Assembly: GCA_050633305.1 (NCBI GenBank)
Contig: JBOEGF010000010.1
Coordinates: 160,001-224,000 of the forward strand
Direction: 5' to 3'
Origin: Nannocystales bacterium
GTDB lineage: Bacteria > Myxococcota_A > Polyangia > Nannocystales > Nannocystaceae
Length of the DNA: 64,000 nt
A model generated the notes under the pieces. It was not told the origin of the DNA. It saw nothing but the letters and a program-made list of their open reading frames with translations, and did no database searches. Shown piece by piece: positions 18,912 through 27,656 of the stretch. A program made the position numbers and the translations under genes. Numbering within the stretch: position 1 is the stretch's first letter; each line of letters starts with the position of its first letter.

Positions 18912-21900
18912 ATGGTCGATATCAGCAACGAGCTCGCGCGGGCAGTCCAAGCTGGGGACTGCGTACTTTGGGTCGGCACCGGACTGGGTGTCACGAGTGA
19001 GTCGGCACAGGCCCCGGAGTTCGCGAAACCTCTTGCCGCGTTCCCTTGGCGCGCTTGTATCTCGACCGTCGATCCCGACCTTGCCAAGGTCGTGTTTTCT
19101 GAGGGGGAAGTCGTCGACCCCTCTCGCGACCTTTCCTTGGAGGGCAAGGACAAGTTCGTGATCGTCGATGCGTCGAAAGCGGTCAACAAACTCGTGGACT
19201 TCGTGGAGGAGGTCGCGCAGACCCGGACGGTTCTGTTCGTAGGATTCGACCCGGACGACGCTGAACTCGCCCGAGCACTGGACTTGTTGGAGCGTGGTGG
19301 CGGCCAGCACTTCGCCGTGGTCTCCGGAGATGCCGATGGACTCAAAGAGCGCGCGGTCGAGGTTCTGACGGCGGGCGAAGACGACGACATGGCCGCGATC
19401 GTCAAGGCGCTCGGAGATGCCACTGCGGATGTCGAGGTGCAGCCTTCCGACGAGTCGCGCGCGGATGTCTTCGACCTCGTCCGCTCCGTCCGTGCGGCGC
19501 TGCGCGATCCCGCAAACCTGTCCTCGAGCGATGCGCTCAAAACGGCCATCGCCGCGCTGGTGGTCGCGCCGGAGACGGCAACACCCAAGCCCGTTGCGGA
19601 TGAAGAGGGCTCTCGCGGCATCTCTCTCTCGGCCCCTGAGGATCCCGATGACCTCGAGGCATGGGCTGCGATCCTCGAGCGCAAGGGCGCCCACCTCGAA
19701 GCGCGGCAAGCCGTGGACCGCATCGAGGACCAGGCCCGGGACGCCAAGCGCTGGGACCGACTGGTGGAGGTGCTCGGTGTGAAGGCCGAGCATGCGCAGA
19801 GGCAGCAGGACCGGGTGAAGTTCCTGCGCGAGATGGTGTCGCTGTTTGAGAAAGAACTCGGTGCGCCTCGCAGCGCGTTCGAGACTCTGCAGGCGCTGAT
19901 CGAATCCGTGGAAGTCGCTGAGCAGGTCAAGTTGGCCGACGAGGTCATGCGGCTGGCTTCGGAGACCGGCGACTGGGCCCCCGCAGCCGAAACGCTTGGC
20001 GTCCTGGCCGAGCGTGCTCCCTCGAATGAGGACCAAGCGCAGCTCTACGCCACCTTGGCCGAGGTGCACGCCGAGCGACTGGGTGCGCAGGAGCAGGCGC
20101 TGACCGCCTACGGACGGGCGCTGGAACTCGAGTCGAAAGAGGAGTGGCTGTCCGCGACCATCCCCCTCCATCGAAAGCTGGGTCAGGAAGCCGAGCTGGT
20201 CGGTGCGTACCTGTCGCTCGCCGATCTCCAGACCGGTGGTGATCGTCACACCTCGCTTCTCGCCGCCGCCAAGCTGTTGCGGGAGTCGCTGGGGGATGAA
20301 GAAGGCGCGTTTGGGGCGGCGGAGATCGTGCTCGGTGAAGCGGCAGCCCACCCCGAGGCGCTCGAACTCGCAGAATCACTCGCGGGGTCCTTGGAGCGCT
20401 GGGATGTGTTGTTCGACGTGCTCGTGAAGCGGGCAGAGTCCGCGGACGGCGACGAGGCAAAGAGCCTCCGAAAGCAAGCCGTATCGGTCGCGCTCGAGCA
20501 CCTCGAAGACGAAGAGAAGGCCGTCGCTCAGCTCATCGAGCTGACCCAGACCGACCGCACCGAGGTCGAGTCGGCCGTCCTTCTGGCGGATCTTCTGCGT
20601 CCTCAGGCCGGCGATGACGCGACCGCTCGGTCCGCACTGGTCGACGTCCTGGGCAACCTCACCGAGCAGACCGACGCTCCCGAGGAGAAGGCCGGGTTGC
20701 TCTCGGAGCAGGCCGCGCTGTTCGACCAGATGCCCGACGGCAAGGACCGCGCGGTGGATGCACGCGAACAGGTGCTGAGTCTGTTACCGGTGGACCACGC
20801 GGTCGCGAAGGCGGCGGCCGAAGGCCTCGAATCCGCGTATCGACGCCAGGATGACCCGGCCAAGCTGGCTGAACTCGCGCGGCAACAAGCGCACGCCGAT
20901 GACGTCGCGCCCGAGTTCCGCGCCGAGGCGTGGGGCCGACTGCTCGAGTTGTGTGATGGACCGCTGGAGGACGAGGTCGGTGCGACCGAGGCCCTCGAAG
21001 CTTTGGTCAAGCTCGTTCCCAACGAGTCGCAGTGGCGGGACAAGCTGCTGGAGAAGTACCTGGCGCGGGAGGAGTACGAGAAGGCGGGTCCGCTGATCCG
21101 TGACCAGGTCTTCGCCGAGCCCGACCCCAAGCGAAAGGCCGCGCTCCTGCTCCGCGGCGGGAAGCTTCGTGCACACATCGGGAAGACGGAAGGCGCCGTC
21201 GAGGCTCTCGAGGAGGCCGTCTCCATCGACCCTACGTTGGTCGAAGCCTGGACGTCGTTGCGCGACATCTACGAGGAGAATGACCAGCCACTCAAGGCTG
21301 CGAACGCGCTGGTGTCCGCCGCCGAACACAACCCAAACCGGGCCGAGAAGGTGCGCTGCCTGTTCGAGGCCGGAAAGGCGTTCGTTGGCGACCTCGACCG
21401 ACCCGCGCGTGGTGTCGAGGTGCTCGAGCAGCTCGTCGAGCTTGACCCCGACCACCGGGACGGCATGACGCTGCTACTCGATCAGCTGGTGGCCGAAGAT
21501 GACCTCGCGCGCGCGTGGCCGCACTCGCAGGTGTACGTCACGCAGGTCAAGTCGCAGGCGGCGATGGACCACAAGCTCAACCTTCGAGCGCTGTCCCTGG
21601 CCGGTCGGTGCGCGCTCGCGATCGAGGACGTCGACAAGGCTCGCGAATACTTGGAGAAGGCGCGTGGTCTGGATGCGACCAACCTCGATGTGCTTCAGTT
21701 GCTTGCCGACCTCGACCTCGATGCCGAGCAGTGGGCGGATGCCTTGCGGAACTACCAATCGGTGGTGCTGGGTATGGGAGACAAGCTGCCTGCCGCGGAA
21801 CAGTCCCAGCTGTACGTGAAGATGGCGCGCGCACGCATCGGCATGGACGAGGGGTCCAAAGCCGGGCAGATGCTCGAGCGAGCGTTGGACCTCGATGAAA

Positions 21901-23714
21901 ACAATGCATCGGCGGTCGACATGCTCATCGAACTCGGCGGGGAGGCTGGAGGCCCGTCGTCAGCTGCGAAGGCCAAGCTGAGAATGGCCGATCTCATCCT
22001 GAGGCAGATCGACCAGTGCGAGGACGAAGACGAAGCCAAGGAGCTGATCGCCAAACGCACGGGACTGCTCCGCGAGGTCGCTGAGCTTCAGAGCTCGGAC
22101 CTCAACGCTCCCGATGAAGCCGTTCGGACGCTCGAGCGGGTCATGGAGACGAGCCCTGAGGACCCGGCAATCCTGCACAAGATTCTCGAGATCCTCACCG
22201 CCGAGCAGCGTTGGCGAGACGCGACCGGCATCTTGGCCCGTCTCGCGGAGGCGCAAGACAACAACGTGGTCAAGGCGAAGTACCTCTACGCCGGGGCTCT
22301 GATCTTCCGCGACAACCTGGGCAAGGCGGACGATGCATCGGATTGGATGCAGAAGGTCATCGAGGCCGATCCGAACCACCCGAAGGCGTTCGAGGCGTAT
22401 CTCGATCGGTTGGTCGAGAAGCGCTCGTGGAAGGATGTCTCGCGGGCGGTTCGCGGGCACCTCAAGACGCTTCCCAAGGACGCGCTACCAGGCCGGATCG
22501 CCCCGCTGTTCGAGAAGCTCGGTCAGGCTCACGAGAAGATGTCGGACGCGAAGACGGCGGTCGCTGCGTACGACCAATACCTTCGGATGGCCACCAAGGC
22601 GGGCGCTGACTCCGCGTCTCTGGTCGAACGCCGGGAGCAAGTCATCACGCTCGCCGTGTCGTTGGGGACCGACGCCTTGGACAAGGCCACGTTCCACGCG
22701 CATGCACTCATCGCACATGACCCTGCGGATTGGAGCAACTACCACCGTCTCGTCGAGCTCTACGGGACGATGGGCAACGAGCATCGTGCGCGAGGAATCG
22801 CAAAGACGCTTCGGTTCCTCAAGCAGGCCAACGAAGCCGAGCTGAAGCTCCTCGAAGGCTCCTCAGACCCGGGACAGGTCCGGACCCCGTTGACGCGGGA
22901 TCACTGGCGAAAGAACGTCTTCCATCCGTCGCAGAACGGTCGGGCAGCCGACATCTTGTCGTTGGCGTGGGCTGTGGTCGCGTCCCGAGAAGGGCAGTCT
23001 CATGCGCACTTCGACGTCGCTCGAAAGGACCGAGTCGAGGTCTCCTTGCAGTCGAAGGCTGGCATTGCGCGCTACGTCGCTCACGCGTGCCAGATGCTGG
23101 ACGTCTCCGTGCCGGACCTGTTCCAGCGAGACGTCGATGGAATGGGGATCCGTGTAACCGCGCTGATCGACAACTCCAGCGGCAAGGCCACCGTGTTCCC
23201 ATCGCTCATCGCGGGCAACGGTGCGACCAAGGATGCATCCGAGGTCGGCCTGAAGTTCCGCGCCGGTCGGTCTGTCGCGCGGGCCCGTCCAGAGAACATC
23301 CTGCTGACCGTCCTGCCTTCCGCGGGTGCAGTTCGCAAGGTCGTCTACGGAGCCGTGCTTGCGGCCAAGCCCGACGCTGAGCTCCCCGAAGACGTTCGCG
23401 AAGCCGCAAAGACCTACGCCGCCGAGCTCAAGACGCACCTCGCTCCGGCTCGTCTCGAGCAGATTCAGTCTCTGAGCGCCGGCTTGCTCGAAGACGGGTT
23501 CGATGCGAAGGCGTTTGCGGATGGCGTGGCGTATACCACCACGCGAGCAGGCTTCGTGTTGTGCGACTCGATCGAAACCGCGGCCGCAATGCTGACGCGA
23601 GAAGGGGACGATGGAAGCTCGGTCTCGGCGAAGGAGCGGATCGCGGATCTCATCGGCTACAGCGTCAGCCAGCCTTACCTCAAGCTGCGGAAGCCGCTCG
23701 GTCTCAATCGGTGA
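18912..23714 (+). CDS. Giant TPR-repeat protein (AgmK-like) with a degenerate SIR2-like N-terminal domain
   Basis: ATG 18912; CVLWVGTGLG and VLFVGFDPDD resemble SIR2_2 motifs; over 1200 aa of TPR-like helical repeats; C-terminus TTTRAGFVLCD...DLIGYSVSQPYLKLR resembles large myxobacterial TPR proteins. Confidence 0.85.
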   Translation: MVDISNELARAVQAGDCVLWVGTGLGVTSESAQAPEFAKPLAAFPWRACISTVDPDLAKVVFSEGEVVDPSRDLSLEGKDKFVIVDASKAVNKLVDFVEEVAQTRTVLFVGFDPDDAELARALDLLERGGGQHFAVVSGDADGLKERAVEVLTAGEDDDMAAIVKALGDATADVEVQPSDESRADVFDLVRSVRAALRDPANLSSSDALKTAIAALVVAPETATPKPVADEEGSRGISLSAPEDPDDLEAWAAILERKGAHLEARQAVDRIEDQARDAKRWDRLVEVLGVKAEHAQRQQDRVKFLREMVSLFEKELGAPRSAFETLQALIESVEVAEQVKLADEVMRLASETGDWAPAAETLGVLAERAPSNEDQAQLYATLAEVHAERLGAQEQALTAYGRALELESKEEWLSATIPLHRKLGQEAELVGAYLSLADLQTGGDRHTSLLAAAKLLRESLGDEEGAFGAAEIVLGEAAAHPEALELAESLAGSLERWDVLFDVLVKRAESADGDEAKSLRKQAVSVALEHLEDEEKAVAQLIELTQTDRTEVESAVLLADLLRPQAGDDATARSALVDVLGNLTEQTDAPEEKAGLLSEQAALFDQMPDGKDRAVDAREQVLSLLPVDHAVAKAAAEGLESAYRRQDDPAKLAELARQQAHADDVAPEFRAEAWGRLLELCDGPLEDEVGATEALEALVKLVPNESQWRDKLLEKYLAREEYEKAGPLIRDQVFAEPDPKRKAALLLRGGKLRAHIGKTEGAVEALEEAVSIDPTLVEAWTSLRDIYEENDQPLKAANALVSAAEHNPNRAEKVRCLFEAGKAFVGDLDRPARGVEVLEQLVELDPDHRDGMTLLLDQLVAEDDLARAWPHSQVYVTQVKSQAAMDHKLNLRALSLAGRCALAIEDVDKAREYLEKARGLDATNLDVLQLLADLDLDAEQWADALRNYQSVVLGMGDKLPAAEQSQLYVKMARARIGMDEGSKAGQMLERALDLDENNASAVDMLIELGGEAGGPSSAAKAKLRMADLILRQIDQCEDEDEAKELIAKRTGLLREVAELQSSDLNAPDEAVRTLERVMETSPEDPAILHKILEILTAEQRWRDATGILARLAEAQDNNVVKAKYLYAGALIFRDNLGKADDASDWMQKVIEADPNHPKAFEAYLDRLVEKRSWKDVSRAVRGHLKTLPKDALPGRIAPLFEKLGQAHEKMSDAKTAVAAYDQYLRMATKAGADSASLVERREQVITLAVSLGTDALDKATFHAHALIAHDPADWSNYHRLVELYGTMGNEHRARGIAKTLRFLKQANEAELKLLEGSSDPGQVRTPLTRDHWRKNVFHPSQNGRAADILSLAWAVVASREGQSHAHFDVARKDRVEVSLQSKAGIARYVAHACQMLDVSVPDLFQRDVDGMGIRVTALIDNSSGKATVFPSLIAGNGATKDASEVGLKFRAGRSVARARPENILLTVLPSAGAVRKVVYGAVLAAKPDAELPEDVREAAKTYAAELKTHLAPARLEQIQSLSAGLLEDGFDAKAFADGVAYTTTRAGFVLCDSIETAAAMLTREGDDGSSVSAKERIADLIGYSVSQPYLKLRKPLGLNR

Positions 23715-24673
23715 CCCGCGTTCTGGCGGTCGACGCTGGCGTGCCCTTGGACGCTTCCATCGAGGAAGCGGCCGATGTGCTTCGCTCTGGGGAACTCGTG
23801 GCGTTTGCGACGGAGACGGTCTACGGGCTGGGTGCTGACGCGACGCAAGCGGGCGCAGTCGAAAAGATCTTCGCGGCGAAGGGACGGCCGCAGAGCAACC
23901 CCCTGATCGCCCATGTGGCTTCGGCGCAGATGGCCCGAGCGTGGGCGGGAACGTGGCCAGAGGTCGCGGAGACGTTGGCGGCGGCGTTCTGGCCGGGGCC
24001 GCTGACGATCATCGTGCCGCGGTCGGAGCGGATCGCTGCGGCGGTTTCGGCGGGTCTCGAAACTGTGGGATTGCGAGTGCCGCAACCGGCGGTCGCGAGA
24101 GCGGTGATCGAGGCCCTAGGACGCCCGGTGGCTGCCCCAAGCGCGAATCGTAGCGAGCATGTGTCACCTACGACCGCTCAACATGTGCTGGACGACCTTC
24201 AAGGCCGGGTGGGGATGGTTCTCGACAGCGGCGCGACCGGGGTTGGAATCGAGTCAACGGTCATCGACGTGACGGGCTCTGTTCCACGATTGCTTCGACG
24301 CGGTCCGGTCTCCTTGGATGCGCTCCGCGAAGTGCTGGGCGTTGTGCAGGCGGTGGACCAGCATGTCGGTGTCGATGTCCCGCAAGCCAGCCCTGGCCAA
24401 GGCGTGCGACACTACGCGCCGGACGTCCCATGTGTGCGGGTGGAGGCCGGGGACTATCGAGAGGCGCCGGGCGACGGTGTGGTGTCCGTCGGCCACGCGG
24501 TGCCGGGGACCACGGAGTTGCTGGAGCCCGTAGACGCGGCCCGGGAGCTGTACGCGGTCTTGCGTCAGCTCGAGAGCAGCGGGGTCGAGCGCATCGTGGT
24601 GCTCATGCCCCCGAATGAACCTCAGTGGGCGGCGGTTCGGGACCGCCTCATCCGCGCGACCGTCGTGGCGTGA
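23711..24673 (+). CDS. sua5: L-threonylcarbamoyladenylate synthase (Sua5 type)
   Basis: TETVYGLGADA, KGRPQSNPLIAH, FWPGPLT, AAPSANRS, GIESTVID, SPG...HYAP, C-terminal SUA5 domain. GTGA overlap with the upstream stop. Confidence 0.95.
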   Translation: MTRVLAVDAGVPLDASIEEAADVLRSGELVAFATETVYGLGADATQAGAVEKIFAAKGRPQSNPLIAHVASAQMARAWAGTWPEVAETLAAAFWPGPLTIIVPRSERIAAAVSAGLETVGLRVPQPAVARAVIEALGRPVAAPSANRSEHVSPTTAQHVLDDLQGRVGMVLDSGATGVGIESTVIDVTGSVPRLLRRGPVSLDALREVLGVVQAVDQHVGVDVPQASPGQGVRHYAPDVPCVRVEAGDYREAPGDGVVSVGHAVPGTTELLEPVDAARELYAVLRQLESSGVERIVVLMPPNEPQWAAVRDRLIRATVVA

Positions 24674-24700
24674 GGGCCTGATGGCTGCCGGGTTTCGTGG

Positions 24701-25888
24701 CTATTCGTAGGACGTCTCGAACGTGAACTCGGGCTTCTGGATCTCACACACCTGTTCCCGCTCCGGCCGGTACCAGACCCCTTCCGGGAAGGAGATCACG
24801 AAGTCGGAGCCGACGATGCCCGGACCGACTTCCAGCGCTCCGCCGAGGTAGAGGCCCGGAGCCTCGAACGCATCGCTGCCGTCTCGGCCGGAGTCGCCTG
24901 CCGACGATAGATACAGCCGCACGATTTCCTCGGTATCTTCATCGCCCGAGACATCTTGTACGTGCTCTCCCGCGCATGGGTTCTCGCCGTCGACGGACCA
25001 CTGGATGTGGTCGCTCATCGTGATGATGACGCACGGATAGGTTCCGTCGGGCGGCAGGACGGCATCGACGAGTTCAGGTGCATCGGCAAAGTCCACGTAG
25101 TGCGGCGTGTCCGGCTCGCCCACCAGGATTGGGTCCGTGCAGCCCTCGCCATCGAGCGAAAACTCGACCTGGTGCACCAACACGCTCAACGACGTGGGCT
25201 GGTAAACCGCCTCCGGGGTGCCCCCGTCGTCACACCACTCGTCGCCGGGATGGTCGAGACAGTGTTGGTGCCACGCTTCGCCGCAGTCGTCGTCCGTGGA
25301 CGCCGGGTCGAGGCAAACCTCGCAGGGGGGCCATTCCGGGTCGACCTCGCAGGCCCAGGTCTCTCCGCCTTTCGGCTCGGGTTCGTCCTTGGGCTCCGGC
25401 CCGTCCTTGGGCTCGTGTCCGTCTTTGGGCTCGGGAAGCCCGTCGCTACAGCCCGGATCCTCAGGGTGAGACGTACAGTAGGTCTCAATGACGTCCTTGC
25501 ATTCCGGGGATGCCGGGTCGTCCCAACACGCGTCGGAGTTGCAGGGCTCGGATGCGGGGTCAAACGGGCATTCCCCCTCCATCGCAGCGTGTGCCCCTCC
25601 TGCGAACGCGGACGGTTGGGGCGCGCTGATATCGGCAGAGGTCGAAAGAGTACGGCCACGAATCGCATACTGGGCCGCCTCGTCCTCCGGCTCACCGTCT
25701 GTCTCCGGCTCGGTGGTCCCACCATCGTCCGCATCCGCGTCGTCATCCTCGGGTCGCTCCACATCTCCGTCGTCCGTGGGGTCACTGCCCGTCGCCATGG
25801 TCTGAGTTTGGCCAGGGTCGCAGCCGGTCATGGCCCCGAGGGCGAAAGCAGGGGCGAGAAGGACCAGCGTTCGAGACGACAACCGCAC
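24701..25888 (-). CDS. Acidic Cys-rich lipoprotein, function unknown
   Basis: Signal ending AMTGC; two CxxDP...C...(Y/H)C..HP.D..C modules; EPKD repeats. Confidence 0.8.
   Translation of the reverse strand: MRLSSRTLVLLAPAFALGAMTGCDPGQTQTMATGSDPTDDGDVERPEDDDADADDGGTTEPETDGEPEDEAAQYAIRGRTLSTSADISAPQPSAFAGGAHAAMEGECPFDPASEPCNSDACWDDPASPECKDVIETYCTSHPEDPGCSDGLPEPKDGHEPKDGPEPKDEPEPKGGETWACEVDPEWPPCEVCLDPASTDDDCGEAWHQHCLDHPGDEWCDDGGTPEAVYQPTSLSVLVHQVEFSLDGEGCTDPILVGEPDTPHYVDFADAPELVDAVLPPDGTYPCVIITMSDHIQWSVDGENPCAGEHVQDVSGDEDTEEIVRLYLSSAGDSGRDGSDAFEAPGLYLGGALEVGPGIVGSDFVISFPEGVWYRPEREQVCEIQKPEFTFETSYE
25369..25434. repeat. Imperfect tandem repeat (about 18-bp unit) encoding EPKD(G)x
   Basis: Protein reads PEPKDGHEPKDGPEPKDEPEPKGG; DNA repeats ccgtc(c/t)ttgggctc. 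Confidence 0.8.
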
Positions 25889-26042
25889 CCGGGTCGTATC
25901 GGCACGCGCCGGCCGAGCTTGAGACCGAGTTTGTATCGGCCGTCCCGCAGGAGGACCCCACAGGAGGACCCACGGCGGCCGAAGGCTGTATGCGGATGTC
26001 AGCCCACTCGTCGCGCAACGCTGTACCAGTTCTCCGGGAGCG

Positions 26043-27584
26043 TCAATGCGAGCTGAGGATGAACGGAGTTGTCACGACGACCTCGCCGCTCTTCGGCTTC
26101 GGGAACTTCCATCTGCGTACCGCCCTCGCGATGCAGTTCTCGAGGCGCGTGTCATGCAGCGAAGAGCGGGGGACGTGGGAAGCCGAGACCTTGCCGTTGG
26201 TCCCAATGGTGAACTGGACCCAGAGACGCCCGCGGAGGTCTTCGCGCCTCGAAAGGCGGTCGCTGTAGCAGTGGCGGATCTCGCCGAGATGCGACCGGAC
26301 AATCCGTCGAATGATGTCGTGGTCGAGGTTTCCATTCACCTTCGCTCTGGCTTGGCGAACTCGCACCGTGCCGCGCCCCGAACGAACCTCGAGCCCTGAT
26401 TCGACCGGGAACAGTTGCCCATCCGGCGACCGAGGACGGTCCGTTTCGCCCTGCAGAGCGTGGAGCATTCCGATGTTGCGGGCCATCATGTCAGGGTCGA
26501 AGTTGCGGGCCATCTGCGGAATGCCGCCAGGATCGGGGTCGTCGCAGGGCTCGATCCGGGTGAGCCGGGACGCCGGGACGTAGGACTTGGCCTTGACCGC
26601 CAGCAGGTCCAGCGTCTGGCACCGCGTCGAGTTGGCGTTCCATCGGTCGTTGCCCGAGCGGTGAACGCTTGTCGTGGTCGCTGCGTGGACACGGGCTTCC
26701 GTGTGCCCGCTAGGGGAGCCGACCTTCGGGTCTCCTCCACCATGCCCGCTCCCTTGGCCCACTCCAGCTCCGTCGCCGCCCCCCTCTCCCGACAAGGGAG
26801 GGCTGGTTCCCGGGCGGAGCGGGCTGCCCTGCGGGCTCGAGCGGGCGGAGGCTCCGCGGCTTCTGGGTGGCCCGAATCGGTTGGCACCAAGTCCGTGTCC
26901 CGGAGGTTGGTCCTCTCCGTCCGCCCGAGGGTCGCCGAGTCCACTGCCCGCGAGCACACTCTGTGCTCCACCGGGAGGAGGCTGGCTGAAGAACGAAGCC
27001 ACGTTGCGCACCGCGGGCCGCGTGTCGACGCTGAGCTCCGGCTCTCCGGCGGTCGGTGTCGCAAGGTAGGCCGGCAAGAGGACCGAGGCAAACAGCACCA
27101 ACGAGCGAGCGTTAAACGCCCAGAAGCGCCGGCTGGACTGCATTGCCAACCTTGGCGGCGCTTGCCAGGGCACCACGTTCACGAAAAACGTGACGGCGCC
27201 GTGCTCGAGCCTGCAGCGTGCGCCCGCGCGAAGTGGGTAGCTGTAGACCGAGTCGCGGACCGTCGCTTGGCCATCGTGAACCAGTTCCCGTAGCGTACGG
27301 GCCTGTCCGCCGTCGCATACCTCTCCACGCATCGAGTTGGTGAAGTACAGCGTCCTGCCTCGGACCAGTGCAAATCCATGGCCGTTCGGAAGCCCGGCCG
27401 GTGGAACGACGAGCGTGACGTGGTGTGACTCGCCGACTGTGTAGGAATCGGACGCTGCGGGGGCCGAGGAGTCGCCACCGAGGTGGCGGACGTCGAGCAC
27501 TCTTGGGCCGTAGAGGGCCCAGACCTCGACAAGGCTTGGCCCGTTCTCCCGGGCACTCCGCTCCTCGCCGCACTCCACATCCAC
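26043..27584 (-). CDS. AgmX/PglI C-terminal (TonB-like) domain protein, GltG-like
   Basis: N-terminal VLDVRHL...YTVGE...HGAVTFFV domain, one TM, IPQMARNFDPDMMAR, C-terminal LDHDIIRRIVRSH..EIRHCY...FTIG..GKV...CIARAVRRWKFPKP. Confidence 0.82.
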   Translation of the reverse strand: MDVECGEERSARENGPSLVEVWALYGPRVLDVRHLGGDSSAPAASDSYTVGESHHVTLVVPPAGLPNGHGFALVRGRTLYFTNSMRGEVCDGGQARTLRELVHDGQATVRDSVYSYPLRAGARCRLEHGAVTFFVNVVPWQAPPRLAMQSSRRFWAFNARSLVLFASVLLPAYLATPTAGEPELSVDTRPAVRNVASFFSQPPPGGAQSVLAGSGLGDPRADGEDQPPGHGLGANRFGPPRSRGASARSSPQGSPLRPGTSPPLSGEGGGDGAGVGQGSGHGGGDPKVGSPSGHTEARVHAATTTSVHRSGNDRWNANSTRCQTLDLLAVKAKSYVPASRLTRIEPCDDPDPGGIPQMARNFDPDMMARNIGMLHALQGETDRPRSPDGQLFPVESGLEVRSGRGTVRVRQARAKVNGNLDHDIIRRIVRSHLGEIRHCYSDRLSRREDLRGRLWVQFTIGTNGKVSASHVPRSSLHDTRLENCIARAVRRWKFPKPKSGEVVVTTPFILSSH

Positions 27585-27656
27585 GAGAGCAACAGACCCG
27601 CGCGGGGACGACTTGTTTCGCGTGTCTGCATCCCGCTCACCGACGCGCGGCGGATC

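Noticed and set aside
18912..19450. Active SIR2 anti-phage defence system
   Set aside because: Catalytic motifs look eroded and the neighbours (sua5, kinase) are not defence-island genes; kept only as a degenerate-domain finding.
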